DNA of 63,122 bases, filler included, from Hyphochytrium catenoides (GCA_900088475.1; 4 parts of 4 records of this genome joined end to end with filler, not necessarily neighbours in it); one strand, 5' to 3'; shown: positions 36,001 through 50,524, counted from the first letter of the whole stretch. Notes: generated by a model from the sequence alone, not told the origin. Program-made: numbers and translations.

Positions 36001-39000
36001 ACCACCACACAGAATCACAAAGCTAAACCCCACCTTTCCCGCTAATGCTCTCTTGCACCATATTTCTCCCTTAATGGAATATAGTACTCCGCGCCCTGAC
36101 GGTTGACTATAAACCGCTGGACCATCACCTGTTGGTGAGCAGCAACCTTCTGGGACGGTTAGTTCAGCTCTTTCAAAGCGGCTCCCACCAGGTAGAGAAC
36201 AGATCCCCACACTCCGCTGAGGTGCCCGACTAACCTTAGGTGCCAGGTGAATGCAGCGGCATTGTCATTCTTCCGCTTTCTTTTCGGGCGATGCGTCGCC
36301 TTAATGCCTTCTAGCGGCAAAATATCACCGCTCCAGGACCAGCTATTGAATGCTGTTAGGTCGCAGTTATCCGGTACGTCCAAGCCTCGTATCGCCAACC
36401 AACACTATCACCACTTCACTGTACCCATCTATCGGACAATATCAATATTATTCGCATCTTACCAACACCCCTGCGTGACTGCTTTGCCCAGATATTACAG
36501 GCCCAAATTGGAAACAAAGAAGACGTAGAAGATCTCTACTGGAAGAGGTGAGTTATAGGGGCAGTTTACTGCCGGAAGGCTAGCAGAAGCTTAAGATGCA
36601 TGAAAGAAACGGATGTTCTAGAAAACAGGACTAAGATCTTTACTGCAGACACCTTCCGAAGGGCTGGGTAGCGTGCTCCTTCGCGAGCCGTACAAGCTTC
36701 GAAGAGCCGAGACGGGGCTTGCTTGTCGGCATTTCTCCCTAAATATGAGACACTCACTGTGCTTATGGATTTTTCTTGACCAACGTAAGACTTTCTTGCC
36801 TTTTGGTAAAATGGCTCGTCATTGCCAGGCTTTTTGCACAGCTTCCTGGGTATCAGTGTCATACAAGCTAGCCTGGTCAAAGATATCTAAGGTGCCTGGT
36901 ATACCATTTTATGTCTTAAAGCATCCGTGGAACCGCAGAGTCGCAGCTTGTTCAGGGCAGTAAACGTTGGGGACAAAGTCAGGCGTGGCCCCGGCTGGCA
37001 GAGTAAAGGTATTTTTCGAGAACTCTGCCCCTTGTCCAGTGTTGACGTTAAGCCCTTTGTCGTTTTCTGTCGATACATTAGGAGAGGACGATGGGGTTCC
37101 AGACGATTATGGACTAGTGACTGAGATCCATGCAGTAGGAAAGCATACAGCGTTGGAGGTTGAAGTTGAGTGGCAACGCTCAAAGCAGCGAGGCACCTAC
37201 TTGTAAGTGCGCTTGGGGAAAGTTCGTTGTTGGGCGAGTATTTAAGCTGTTTTGCTCTGTAAGACGGCGGGATGGGAGGTTGATGGCACCTGCTAGGCCT
37301 ATAGACAAAGGAGAGTCCCAACTGAGATGTGCGGCGGATGGTGAGTCTTCAGGCAGTGTCACAGGGCCTTGCCGATCTATAAGCTACAATGTAATTAACT
37401 TTTTCTTGCCGCAGCTGGGACTATCTCTCACCGTCACGTACGATGGAAGTCATCCAATGTGGCCGGGGAGGAGTCTTAGTGCAAAGCATGCCAGAAGAGG
37501 CAAAACCGGAGAAGGAGAACGAAGCGCGGTGGTTCCGATTAGCGCTAACAGAAGCCGGTACCCTCACATATACTCTTCAAGGGCCAAGAGCCAGCTGCAC
37601 CTTGAGCAGTGAGACGAAGTTCAGTGGAGGCTGCTGGGCCCACTGCGCTGTGGTTCATGATGGTGCAAAAGTGTGTCTTTACATAAACGGCAAACAGGAA
37701 GCAGAACAGGACATACCCTCTGAATTTGGGGCGGGACAAGGGTAAGGAATCAGCCAACATTAGAGTTTGCTTCCATGTGGAATTTCGCTGTGAAACTTTC
37801 TCGCTACTCAAATCATGCTTGCCCTCAGCTTGGGACTAAGTAGAACCATAGGTGCATACGAGTTCTGGAAACACCTCATCCATATCATAGTGATGCCAAT
37901 GTCTTCGAGACGGTGGTCTTCCCCGGTGCCAGCGCCATAATAGTTACATTTGACGACCGGGTATATTAAGATCTTCACTACACATTGGGCTTCTGATCTG
38001 TCACTGTTGACACTAGCACTGTCCTAATCTTGCTATTTCAAATTCTATCTGCTAGTGTGAGACAGAGTCTCCTTTGGACTACCTCAAACTCTACAAAGAC
38101 GGTTCTCATAAAGAGTATTGGGGCGAGGAGCGCTACACAGGCGGAGTTAACTCATCCAATACAAAATTTCCAGGTTATATTGGACCTTAACGTTAGAACT
38201 TTCAATGCTCTTCTACGTTGGAACCCTACTAGCCAAAAAGCTATTTTCTTGGATTTGCAGACATGCTCGTGCCTTCCGTCCCTTTCCTCTTATATTAAGG
38301 AGCCTCTAAAGTCTATCCGCCCCTTTCTTGTGCTAGTATATCACGACTCGATGCGCACACCTTTGACCCGAGCCGTTTCTTTCTTTCTCCTTGTAACATG
38401 TGCTAACCTGTGTGTAGGTTCTGCTACGCCTCTCACAATCCCTGCGGACATGTTTGTATTCCACTTTAAGAGTGAAACTACGGCCAACGGCTGGGGCGTA
38501 AAGCTCACGGCGACTCCGCTCTATTCAACGGCTACTCAAGCCCAAAATAGCACGAATTCGTCGCCATTCTATCTAGGAGAACTTCCGTCGGGAACATATG
38601 AGGAAAGAGGGGATCCAGCAGCCGTAGCTTGGGTTGCAGATGTGGAGGTAACTCTCCCTATTATTCGGAGGAACTACTGTTTTAACGACTGCTATACTTA
38701 CATATACTTTCCCTGTAAGGTGTATGAAACCATGCTGGAGGAGAGTGCTATTCGTCGGATCATGACCTCTGGCAAAGGACCGAGCGCTATTCCCCAAGCC
38801 ATTTCCGAAGAGAGAGCCTTGCACATACTAGCTATGCTTAACCAATGCTGTAACTCGACTGGAGGTGATTATATGAGTTCCTATGTTGCAACATTCATTC
38901 ACTAGCTCTCACCCATGACGCCCATTCCTTGTAATTTTGTCTGACTGTTTCAGGACGTCAAGCAATCGCAACAGAGGATGTAGTCATCAGCCTGCTCCGT

Positions 39001-42000
39001 CTCTCTTCAGAAGATTCTGTCTTTTGTAATGTGCAGATTATCGCATTACGATTGCTGGGACGTCTCATAGCTGCGCTACCATCGCATCTCTCCATTCGCA
39101 CACTTCTCCACAGTGCCTTTGGAGAAGATTGTGAGGAGACTTTTCCGCAGTATACATTTCGCAGAATTCGAGAGCTTAATTTTACGTGGGGAGACATTTC
39201 GTGGTAAGAGTCGCAGTACTGCTATAACAGGCCGCCTAATTCAAGCTGTCATAGCCCAGGTTCTCGGTATTCCGCTCCAAATAGAACTGTTCTAGTCAGG
39301 GAATATGTAAGGCTTCTTCGATCGCTCAGGTCTGTGACGTAAACTTCCCCACAGTCAGGATGTCTTCTGTAGCTTTACTCTCTCGACCTCGCAGCCTTTC
39401 TCCTGCTCTGCAGAATGATGTTAAATCACTGGTGGACGTAAAGATGAAAGAAGCGGAACAGTTGTGGACAGCCACCGCCTCTTCGGAGTGCTTAGAGATC
39501 GTGAGTGCACTGCTGGTCTTGCTAGGTGGAACCTTTGAAGGTATAGAGATATTGGCCACGAAAATTCGTTCTCCAACCTTCTGGCTCGAAGCAGTTGATA
39601 CGCGAATCTCCTTAGCTGAAAGCATGCATCGCTTAATGACCTAGGTGTGCAGCCTGGCGCAACGGCTAAATACGAGTATCAAGTGGACAAACAGAAAATA
39701 ATCGATGATGTGACTGTACTTCGCATTTATAACACCCCCGCTGGAGGTCTAGCGGCTGTCACAACAGAGCGCGAACCAGAAATAGTGCAGATAGTCTCGA
39801 TGCACAGTCTTATGCCTTCTGAGGTGACTTAGATCCTCCTCTTTTGCTTTCCATAAGTGATGGGTCTGTTGCATTTCCTCTTACCTCTCTTACACCAACA
39901 CCTCATACCAAGACATGGACATACAGAGTTCAACTACGGTCGGCACCCCAAATTTCACTTTGCCCACCTTGCAATCTTAAAGTGCTTGTAATCATGCTAT
40001 TCACCCTCGAATAACATCTATTTCACTATTACTTGGTATGCAGAAACCAGTACAAGCCGCCTTACAGCACCTGCTGAGATTATGTGCTCCGGCAATCAGT
40101 AGCTTCCTCTCGTTTGCTTTGTACAAGCTTAAACAAGTTGAAGGAGAATGTCATTATAAACCCAAGGTGGAGTAGGACGAAGACTGCGAGACACGCTAAT
40201 CACCATATTAGTAAGTTAACTAACTAGTGGCTGCGTCGCAGATCAAGTGCCGCGAGAAGGAGGAGATTATAGAGACTCAGCACCCGTACCAGCCTAACAG
40301 TGATCTTAGTTGGACTCTCGGTTAGTGCCTTATATTAGAAAACGCGGGAGGCTTCGCGTTGTATCCCTCAAAAGATCATTGCTGATGGCATTCCTCCACA
40401 GACTTTCCCGGGGCAGAATTCGTCACCCTGACATTTGACTCCCAGTCAAGGACTGAGCACAATTGTGATTATGTAGCTGTCAAGAAGCACGCGACTGACG
40501 GTTTTTGGGGCGAAGAAAAATACTCTGGATGTGATGGTAGCTAAACTACACTGCAAATGCCTTACGTTTTGAGGTTGACATTTGGGTTCTCATGTATATC
40601 GTGTCATTACTCACCTCTCAGGCACGGAGAATTTTCCTGGCTTTGGTGGCCGTCTCCCCCTCATCGTGCAGGAGCCAACATTCACTGTCTCTTTCATCTC
40701 TGATTCTTCCAACCAAGATTGGGGTATTCGCATTGTTGCTAAGGCGACTGTTCAAGAGGTAAAGAGTGAAGCGCATGAGACTGTTCCTGATCCCTTCGCA
40801 CTGAAACAACGAGCCGCTGTAGATGCTTGAAGCCCCAGAAGTTCCTCCACCATTTGAAAGCTTGATGCTTCGAGTTCTCCAGGCCCAGCTTTTACGCTCT
40901 CTTTATGTCATTACCAGCTGTACGGTACGCCAAACAGTAGGTTTCGGGTCTATCCCTAATACTGCGTAGCCCAATAACGCTTCTGTACCTTTGCCCCGGT
41001 CTTGTCAATCGCCAGCACATAGAAGGTATCGATTGGATTCAACTGGTGGCTCCCTTGAGTTCTCTGTCTGACGAAGCATATCATGGAACTGCGCGGATAC
41101 CCGAGCCCACCGTGGAGGTCCATTCGATGAACTGGTTACTTCTGGTTATCCGCTGTCTCTGACCACAAAAGTCTGTAGATGTTTGAGAGCGCTCATCCAT
41201 ACGAGAATAACATGTCCGAGTATACTGCCGTTCAATTCCCGGGAGCAAGGCGATTGAAGGTATTCTTTGATGACGAAACCAAGACGGAAACAGGTACTTA
41301 TTCATTACCTCCATTGGTCCACATCTCATATTTATCTCCTGAATACCTCTTTTCTCTGGAACGCTTGCTAGGTTGTGACTACCTCGTGTTCTATAAGGAC
41401 TCTAGTTGCACGGGCTATTGGGGTTCCGCAAAGTACTCAGGCAAAGAAGATGGGAAGAACTGGCCGGGGTACTCCACATCTCCATATGTGCAGCCTGTTT
41501 TTCGAGAACATAAAACTGAACTCGTCCCGCCATGGCTCAAATTGCACCATATTTTACTTTTATGTATCTGCATATTTACTTTCAGTGTCGGCATTGTAGC
41601 TCTTAAGTATCTCCATTCTCTCATATCTTTGTCTTTGCTTCCACCATCGTCTGCAGTTTATGTAGCATCCCTTGAGCTGTCCCGCCTCCTCCAAAAAAAG
41701 TTGATGCTGATTCTGTTTCACCTCTTTGGCCTTCCACTGACACACAGACAGGATGGCCGGGAGCCGCTTCTCATTCCCGCAGACCACTTTGTCCTCCATT
41801 GGTTCACTGATGCTTCCACCATCGATTGGGGCTGGCGGTTCTTTGTCGAAGCGGAGTTCAACCCAGAGAACCCAATGGTTCAGCCTCTTCTAAAGCTTCA
41901 GGAGAGATTACTTTATGCTATGGAACTTAGGGAAGAAGGTCCACGGAAGCAGAGAGTTCCAGTGGACCTTGATGGCTATTCAAAAGCAGAGTTGGAAAAT

Positions 42001-45000
42001 GAAGGTAGGAAGCAGAACGAGTTTAATAAACCTACGTTGAGACTCCCGATGTGACTCTGCTCGTACAGCACCAGGTCTATCAATGGAGCTCACTAGCACC
42101 ATAAGCGAACCTTTAGGTCTTTATATACCGGCCGCTTCCTATGTGGAGAAGATGCTAAGGTGAAGACACAACGTCAATTCCTTACTCTCTGTTAGCGAGT
42201 TCCTTATACTCGTACGTCGAACTGGTGATAGAGTGACTTGCCCTTCTGGGGTTAATGTCATGGAGTCTCCTTCGGAAGCTAGTGTGCAGTTGGCAAGTGT
42301 CCCTCAAGGTGCGATTCTATGGCTTAAGAGTAGCGGATTGCAGCTCATCGTCCAATGGTCATCCCAACACCTTTTGCGGATGGAAAAGCCTCGATCGGAG
42401 ATTCCCGTGAAACTATCTAAGAGTATTGTTGTCTTGCTGCAGGGGCTATCCTCAAAACGTTACAGCAGCAGGGATCCTGGGTTGAGACTACCTTTCCACA
42501 GAGTGAAGGGCGAAGGGTTTTAGGTTGGGTATCTATCCGTAGTCCAGAGGGCGTTGCACTAGAGCTTATTGATTGTGCCGACATGACCTCTGTAAGTATC
42601 GCGGTTATGTCGCCTAAATGCCACTTTACAGTGGTTCTTAGATGCAGTATTACAACTTGAACTCAATCTTTCTAGGTTGAGCTCTTTAATGCGGATGGTC
42701 ATCTTTCAGGAGTCAGCCTAGAGCCTCCTCTCCGAGACTCTCTTCCACAGGCCACCTCAGAGAGTGATGAGAAGGCGGTTACGAGCGTTACGACTGTCAG
42801 TCAGCCTGATTTACCAAACTTTTCCACGTTCTTCTGAACTGACCATCTATTATTGCAGATTGAGAAGAGGGTCGTGTACAAGAATATAACACGGGTGGAG
42901 TCCCTTATAGCAGACACAGCCCACGCTCTTTCTCTGCTGTGTGCACGTCACAGTCTAGCTAGGATCATCTCCCAGCTGCCACAAGGTGTTGTACGCATTA
43001 ATACTAGTACATCTGGCAGCAGCACCCTAATTAACCAACTGGAATATTCTTTTGGTCTCTCGTCATATTCCTTCAAGTTCCCATATACGCATGACCTCTC
43101 ATAGATGCTTCTTTCTCTTTTTGATCGGCTCCCTTCGTGTGAAACTCCATTCTCCTTTTAGGGTTTTTCTTACAGATATTACAGTTCTTAAATTGCTCCC
43201 TTTTGCTATCTCTTCTAGGTAACCCACTTACGGTCGAGGACTTCGGAGGCATTGAGCGCTTCTATCAATACTTTCTGAAAGTTTTGGAACCAGAGAAATC
43301 TCTTAGTTGGGAGAACGGAATCAAGGAGTCAAACATAACAGACAAAATGGTGACTGCATTGGCTAGATCCAAGGACAAGTCCTTTGGCTGGCAGCTGGCA
43401 GCAAAAGCTGTTGCACTGCTTGAGGCGGAGCTTAATCCCTTTTCCATAAGGAAAGTCATCAAAATCACCAGTGAGGTAAGGGCCAAAATGATGGTAAAAT
43501 TATGATTATACAAATCTGGTGGAGGATTTCACGGCCATCTGCAACAATGCTGGCAGTCGACCAAGATCTCCACACCTATTCCCATATGCATTCCTGGAGC
43601 CAAGCAGCTACTTCTTTCGATCCCGAAGGAAAACAAAGGCTTAGCGGACCAGCCTTCTCTTCTCATCAAGTATCCACGGTGAGTTGCCTGCCCAGGTTGA
43701 TAGGCCGTTTCTGACTTTCAAAGGGAAATTCTTGCATCTGCCATTTGGTGAGAGTTTCCTAGACTTTCCTCGACTCGCATACGTTATGTTCCCTACCCTC
43801 ATTCACGACGAATCTCTAACGCCCAATCAGCAGAAATAGCACAAACTTTACCGAAAGCAAAGAGGATTGGACCAATATTCACTTCCCGGACCCTGCGAGC
43901 AAATGGTCTTTCAATGAAAGAGGCGGCCTTTTAGTCGAAGGAAACGTGCTCGAGCTCTACTGGAACGCCGAAGGTCGAGGCGGTATTGTTGGTTAACTCG
44001 GACAAGACATCTAATGCTTAACGACATAGAAGGTTCCGGAATGATGATTGAAGTAACTGGAATTTTTGACCAACCCCTACAAGACAGACGTCTCTATAAA
44101 GACAAAGGCGAGTGAATTCTCCAGAGTCAGCCACGTGACACCATGCTAAACATATTTTTTATGCGCCCGCCCAGGAGGAAAGGACTGCGGCTTATTTGTG
44201 GCTTGCGACCTCCTCAGAATCCTGATGTCCATGGAGAACTCTGATATCTTAGAATATATCCTATCTCCTGAAGTGTTGTCATGCCTCTACCATGTCGCAC
44301 TCCTTCCTAGAACGGTAGGTTCTTGAAACAAGATTCATTATTGAAAAAAGATCGAATCCAATCGGTCTTCAGTCTCTTCAAGTGCGATTGTCAGAGGGGA
44401 GTTCTCTCTCTGACAACTGCTACATATTTGCAGGACTGTAGGGTCAAGGTCCTAGATCTTCTCAGCCAAGTTGTCAGGCACTCGAGTCCTTTGCAGAACT
44501 CGATTTGTGATCTTGGCGCCATTGGAGCCTGTTTGACTAATCAACTGAGATTCCAGCTCAAGATGGAATCACTATCTACGAAAAAGTCTGGCTACCTGCA
44601 GGCCTTAATGGACTGTGTAACTATGTGGAGGTTCCATATGCCGCAGCATTGTAAAGGGGTCAAGAAGCAGGTACCCGAGTGACGTAAATGAGTCTGACCA
44701 CAAGTGTGCAATGGCTCTTGACCATTGCAAATCCTTATGCTTACTTGTTCCTTTTGCATTCATTCTACTCTTTTGACTGCTCACTTAACGTTTTGCCTTC
44801 GCATGATGTTGTGTGTAGCCCGACATCTTCTTGCGAATAGAGCGTGAAGCAGAGAGTTTAGTAGCGATCGACATAGCATCTAGAACTGTGTCCTCTTTGA
44901 CGAGGGGTGGAAGCGTGACGGTCCGGTCGAGTACCATTATTCAAGAAGGAAGTCACATCTGGGCGATACGTGTTCTAAAGGCCGGGAGTACCTCTCTATC

Positions 45001-48000
45001 CATCGGCATAGAGGGATCGGAGAAGGAGATTAGAGAGAGCTATGCTTATGGTGGAAGAGACTGGCCTGCCAGAGTGATGGAAGGTGACATAATAACGTGC
45101 AAGTTGGACCTTGATGTCGGTTATTGGGCCATTTGGAAGAATGGGGCATATATAAAAAGCATCGTAGGGCCAGGCAGGACTCAACCATTAGTAAGAAAGA
45201 GGTTGATTGGGTCATTCACACCAATTTTAATCCTCTCCGATGGTGATGAGATACAGGTGAGCTGTTTAGTTCTTACTGCTGAATCAGTAAGGAAGCAGAA
45301 CAGAAATATGACTGAGCCGAGCAGAGATTTAATAGAATGATATGCAGAGGCAAAGGGCCACGGACTATCGCACTGAGAGAGCCTAGAACTGTCGGGCAAA
45401 TGAGAAACCCTTTTTTCTTTGTTAGCCATAGAAAGGCATGGGGAAGACGTATAGGATGACCCTCACCCTGTTTTTTTACGATCTAGGCTTTGGAGCCATC
45501 TCTCTCGTCATTGGGGTTTGGTTCAAAAGAAGAACCTTCAGAGCTTCAGGACGTAAGGATGCTCATAGTTCTACAGCCGAAGCTCTACTTGTGCTAATAC
45601 CCTGCGCTGTTATCTATGAAGGTTCGACGATTATCTCAAGCTCTACATGAACACTTGGATGGTGATGTTCCTCATGCCTTGATGCAAGCAAGATTTTCCG
45701 CTCACTTGAGGGAGAAGTATACCCAGATGCGACAAAGTGAGCACCCGTACGGTCCTAAACCGCTGCAAGAGACAATTACTATTGATAGAGCGGAAGCAAT
45801 TGAGGTAAGTCCCCACCACAGCCGTCAAGCTATCCTTGGATCCTTTCAGACTCTGTTGGTGCACTAGGTTCTGATGGACAAGGCAACAAGACTAGTTGAG
45901 GGCGACGTGCTCCGCGTCATCTCGTCCCAGACTTTAGAGACTATAGAGGTTGCTAAGCTGCAGGCATCTACTGCCTTGAAGTGAGTCGCCCGTGTCCTCG
46001 ATGACCTACAGGGAAAAACAGCCCAATTAAGAGTCCCTCTGTAGCTTCCCGGCTGAACCATCAATCTCACTTAATGCAGGGGACCTAGTTGTCCGGGGTA
46101 GTTCATGGCAATATGGAGATGAGGTAAGTGGCATGTCCTGATTTTCGTGTCGCAGGAGTCTGTCATTCCGCCCAAGCCACGATGAGCTAAATCGTTAATC
46201 CAGGATGGAGGCGTCGGGTCTCTAGGCGAAGTTACAGCGATAGCAGAAATGGAACAAGGATCCGTGATATGCGTCAAATGGCAGGTAGACATCAAAACGG
46301 TTACGGTTCGATGAGACCATGCATCTAAAGGGCCACGATAGGCCATCGAAACACTGGCGCGTTACCAGCGCGAAGAACTCAACCTCTTCCGAAGTGGCCC
46401 CACTTGCCGGACGTCTTTTCTAGCACACTCATCAGCCGTAGACTTGATAAGAGAAGTGGTCAGTCAGACCTGTATAGTAATTTTTGGGTATCTATTGCCT
46501 GGCGTTGCTAACGATGGGTAGCTATCGGAGAGCCGCTTCCTTCAAACCTGTTCCTCTCATTGTGGTCAAATCTGAGTTATTCCAACGCCTGACCGCTTCG
46601 AGACCAGCTTGACCATCTTGCTGTTGGGCAGGTTCCAGGATCTGATTTGACAGATTGCCGTCAACTACTGCTATCAGGAGGGGCATATCTGTCCTTCAAG
46701 GTGGAGACTTGCTTTCAGGAGGTCTCAAGCTGCTCCATTATGCTGTGGGTATTGATGTCTGAACCTGAGAGCGACAGAAGCCCCATCTTGACATGGCCTA
46801 AGGCAGACGGTGGGTGCTTTATCCTGAATAGGCGAACCTCGTAGGCCTATGACACCATATATTTTCTTGCCACTCATCATCCCCATGCTGTTTGCAGTTG
46901 AAACAGGCCTTGCCATGCTCTAGTCACACGTTATGCCAATACCTTCTAACTCTCCCTGCCTCTATTCCTCTTGAAGGATCTCAAGCTCCCGCAGCTGTTG
47001 CTTTCTGGGTCGAGCGAAATGGACAAGTCCATGTTGAGTTTCGAGGCAGCAATCGCACTATCCATGCTAGTGGTGGAAGCCTTCCCTTTCGTCGCTGGAC
47101 CCACCTTACAACAACCTTTGATGGGAAGAGTCTGCTTCTTAATATTAACGGTGTACAAAGAGGTAAGTTTTTGGATCGAGTGCGACCTGTTGATATACTC
47201 TTTAGCGTAGATCACTCCTAGAATTTTGAGTTCGGTGCTTCCAGGCAATAGGTGTTTGGTCCTGGTCGCCCTGCTTACCTATTCCCGAAAGCATTCATTT
47301 GAAAGCGACGCTACGTTTAGTACTTTTTTGTCCCGGTCCTCAACCCTGTTGACCTTTTTAGGGTCCAGCACTACGCTGCAGAGTTCAGAGGTCATCCAAG
47401 TAGGAAAGACAGTTTACTTGGGCTACGACGGCTTTGAGGCAGCCACAGGCTCCTTTCTCGATCTAAAGATTTTTCGGAGTGCGAAACTGGATAAAGGCAC
47501 ACTAAAGGTTAGCTTTCTATCGTTTGAAAGCATGAGATACCGGTGGGACCCAACTGACAGTTGTTTCGTCCAAAATGCTTAACTTGTCCTCTCTATCTAT
47601 AGGCGGTGTTCAGGATGCCACCAAACAAACGTCAAGGAACAGTTATCCCAACATTCGCTCTAAGTAATCTCTCCGGTCTTTATCGTACTTTACGTTTTAG
47701 GAACAAAAGCAAGTGCAACAAGCGCTACTTCGAAGTCACTCTTGGTATGTTCGCTAGAACCTAGTCTTCTTCCCAGGACATCATCGCTGCCTGCTGGTGA
47801 TGTCAGTAGCTCGTCGTTCTACCTCCCCACATGTGCACTTCCACCGTTCAGCTGGTCTCCGCCGAACCCTACTAGCATCACACACCAGCTTCCGCTTGCA
47901 ACGCCTATTTTTCTTTCCACCTAACTAAGCAACGACTAAGGGACTAACCCAAGTTTAGTGACGGCAGGAGAGGTCATTGTCGGATGGGTCCTGCCCAGCT

Positions 48001-49949
48001 TCAACTCCACCTCGGGCCACATGCTGGTGGGAACTGATGAGCAATCATTTGGTTTCGACTGTTTCAGTCAGGAGCTGCTCTCGTCCGGAAAAAGAACCGA
48101 GTATGTTTCCGACGTCTCCTGCAGCCCGGGGATCGTCCTTGGCTGTTTGGCGGACCTCAACGCTGGTTCGTTCTTTCTTCTCTTTGTTGAAAGCAAAAGT
48201 CCACACCTGCGGAATCCCGGAGCTGTCTAACGACATTTGTTGGCAGGCACTATCTCTTATTCCCTAAATGGCCAGAACCTCGGAGTGGCATTCTATCTAA
48301 AGCCTCTTGAGGTTGAAAGTGATTCTGAGGAGAGCCTGCATAATACCTATGATCCCGATCTAGGAGGAGACAAAGGTATCTCAGAATGAGCATGAGTTCG
48401 TGTAACGTATAGGATAGTACAATGACTTGGATAGGTATAGTTGGGGACGGATGTAAGTTCTGTACCGAGCTTCGGAGGCGGTACGCGTGCTGTGACGAAT
48501 TTCAAGCACTGCCTGGCAGCAAGCGGGTGACGAGAGCAAACCTGCTGTAATGTTCAGAGGCGCCGGAGAGAGTCCTTCATTTGATACTGCTTCACTTATC
48601 TAACTACTGCTTCGTAGGGCACAACCTTCGTGGTGTTCACGCAACCTCCACAATTGACAAACGAAGACCTAGAGGTACGTATTCTACCTCCTGGCCACGG
48701 CCATTAACCCAGAAAAGCTAACCTTAATTGCTCAAAAACCCATAACATCGTTTATTGGTATAGACGATTTGTATGAGCCGTATCCCTGGGAGGATTTGAT
48801 GCCCGGCCTTTCCTTGTCTCCACAGGGTGCTCAGTCGGTGATTCTTAACTTTGGCAACACACCTTTTCAATACCTTCCTGCAGGTTAGATGACTTTCATA
48901 ATACTCGTGCTGTTTCCTCGCTGGAGTTAGCGCATTTCCTTTTCCGGCATACTCGTGCTGGTCCACAGAAAGCGCTGCGAACAAGAGCTTCCACGCCTCA
49001 TCCCTCTTCCAATCTTGCGAAGCCGTGGCTCTTTTGTGTAGTTCTTTGTAAAGAAACTCTTAAGGGCTTTGGGAGAATTCTTCGAGTACCCAAACCAGCG
49101 CTCCCAGTTGTCCGTTTTTAGACCAGTGCCAACGTCATGTCAAGTTGATTTTGTTTCCATTTGAATGGCTGTCGCAATAACCTCACAATCTACCTCTCTA
49201 CCCCTGCAATCGCTCATTGGCTATACTACTAATAACTTGCTCCTGTAGGGTATTCAGGTCTAGTATCTGCAGAGGCTCATTACTCTAGTCACGGTGTCCT
49301 TGAAGTCTGGACTGAAAGGAACCAGGAAGGGGGAATAATCTGGGAGCAGCTGGCTCTCGAGCACGGTCTGGGTAGCGCAGAAGAAGACACACTTGGCTGT
49401 TGGAGGTTAGGTAAGTTGAACAGGAGTATTATCTGTCCAGTAACAGTGGCTAAGAGAGTCTTGCAGATGATGGAGAAGGTACCTCCTTATTGGATTCCTA
49501 CTGGGGAATAGCCTCCGGATCTGTCATTGACTCTTCGTCAAATGGAAGTCTCGCTACGTGGCGGCAGGATAGATGCCCTAGTTTGGAAGAAGAGAGTCCT
49601 TGGGGGTTTAGAGCATTTTTTGTGCCTATCTTTCCCCCAGAAGCGGGACTACAGCCTGAGTTCAAGGCGGACTATGATATTTTTATGAAAGGCTATGTAA
49701 CTGCCGGCAACAAATTGGAAATGAAGCTGGTATGTAAAGTAAGAGATGAAATCATAGCACTGGGTATCTCGAATGGCCGCAGATGGGCTTTAATAGCAGG
49801 GATGACAAGAACAAGTATTAGCGAGAGGCCTAGGGCCAGGGTAGAAAGTGGCGGTGTCAATCACACAAGCTATAGGGCGAAGATGGGCGCAAAGCAGGCT
49901 GGGTGAAGAATGTGATCCATTGACCTCACGTCATTATCCTCAGGCAAGC
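27020..49949 (+). CDS. Giant HECTD4/MYCBP2/HERC2-like multidomain protein (probable E3 ubiquitin ligase), dozens of exons, 3' end lost at gap
   Basis: Spliced exons give: SDGRYIYF...KVGSGLKGSILGHIY (HECTD4/MYCBP2-type N-terminus); F5/8C-like AWFQLDFG...PTEWVVQARENSNSNW; four clear CUB-like ES/TxHPY...W-G-W/I repeats; MIB/HERC2 VGDKVRRGPGW and GDLVVRGSSWQYGDEDGG; LamG WAHCAVVHDG and WTHLTTTFDG; SH3b-like GVNVMESPS...GWVS; two SPRY domains (second ends NFGNTPFQYLPAG). No catalytic HECT/RING domain is visible before the gap. Confidence 0.8.
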
Positions 49950-50049
49950 NNNNNNNNNNNNNNNNNNNNNNNNNNNNNNNNNNNNNNNNNNNNTTAATTA
50001 ATTAANNNNNNNNNNNNNNNNNNNNNNNNNNNNNNNNNNNNNNNNNNNN
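49950..50049. other. Artificial contig linker
   Basis: 44 N + TTAATTAATTAA + 44 N. Confidence 0.95.
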
Positions 50050-50524
50050 CGCAGGAGAACCCAGCTGCTGTGAGGACCCTGAAATCATCATCAATGCTCT
50101 GAATATCGTAGCCGGTGGTATGGAAAGGTGTCCAACTGACGCAAGGAATGCCACTAGCGGGCAGCTTTGCTCCTTCTGTGAAAAACCCCTGCGTCGTATT
50201 GCCCAGATATTCATCTTGAGAGGGTTCAGGGACCGCTATCTGTCCTGTTCGTCCAGCATGTAGACCGCCGTACACAAGGGCAACACCCGCGCCAATGATG
50301 CAGCAAGATGCAAAGACGAGCATTGTGGCAAGAGATCTCCTCAGCTTATTGCCGCCGGCGGCTTTCTTGGCAAGATGACTACCGCTCAGTCTCCGCCTAG
50401 AGTCGGTCATCTCACAACCTGTCTCAGGGCTTCCCGATCCGAGGATCTTTGAAGTCTCAAGTCGTGAGATGTCATCAACCGTTGGGGTCTCGATGCTGGC
50501 GAACAGGCTTGGGGTTCGAGGCAT
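50050..50524 (-). CDS. Putative type II membrane glycoside hydrolase family 17-like (beta-1,3-glucanase/glucanosyltransferase), 5' part only
   Basis: Cytosolic low-complexity N-terminus, a TM helix (LATMLVFASCCIIGAGVALVYGGL), then CVSWTPFH...SIDDDFRVLTAAGFSC, resembling the first strand/helix of the GH17 barrel. Truncated by the linker. The frame is open upstream to 50701. Confidence 0.5.
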
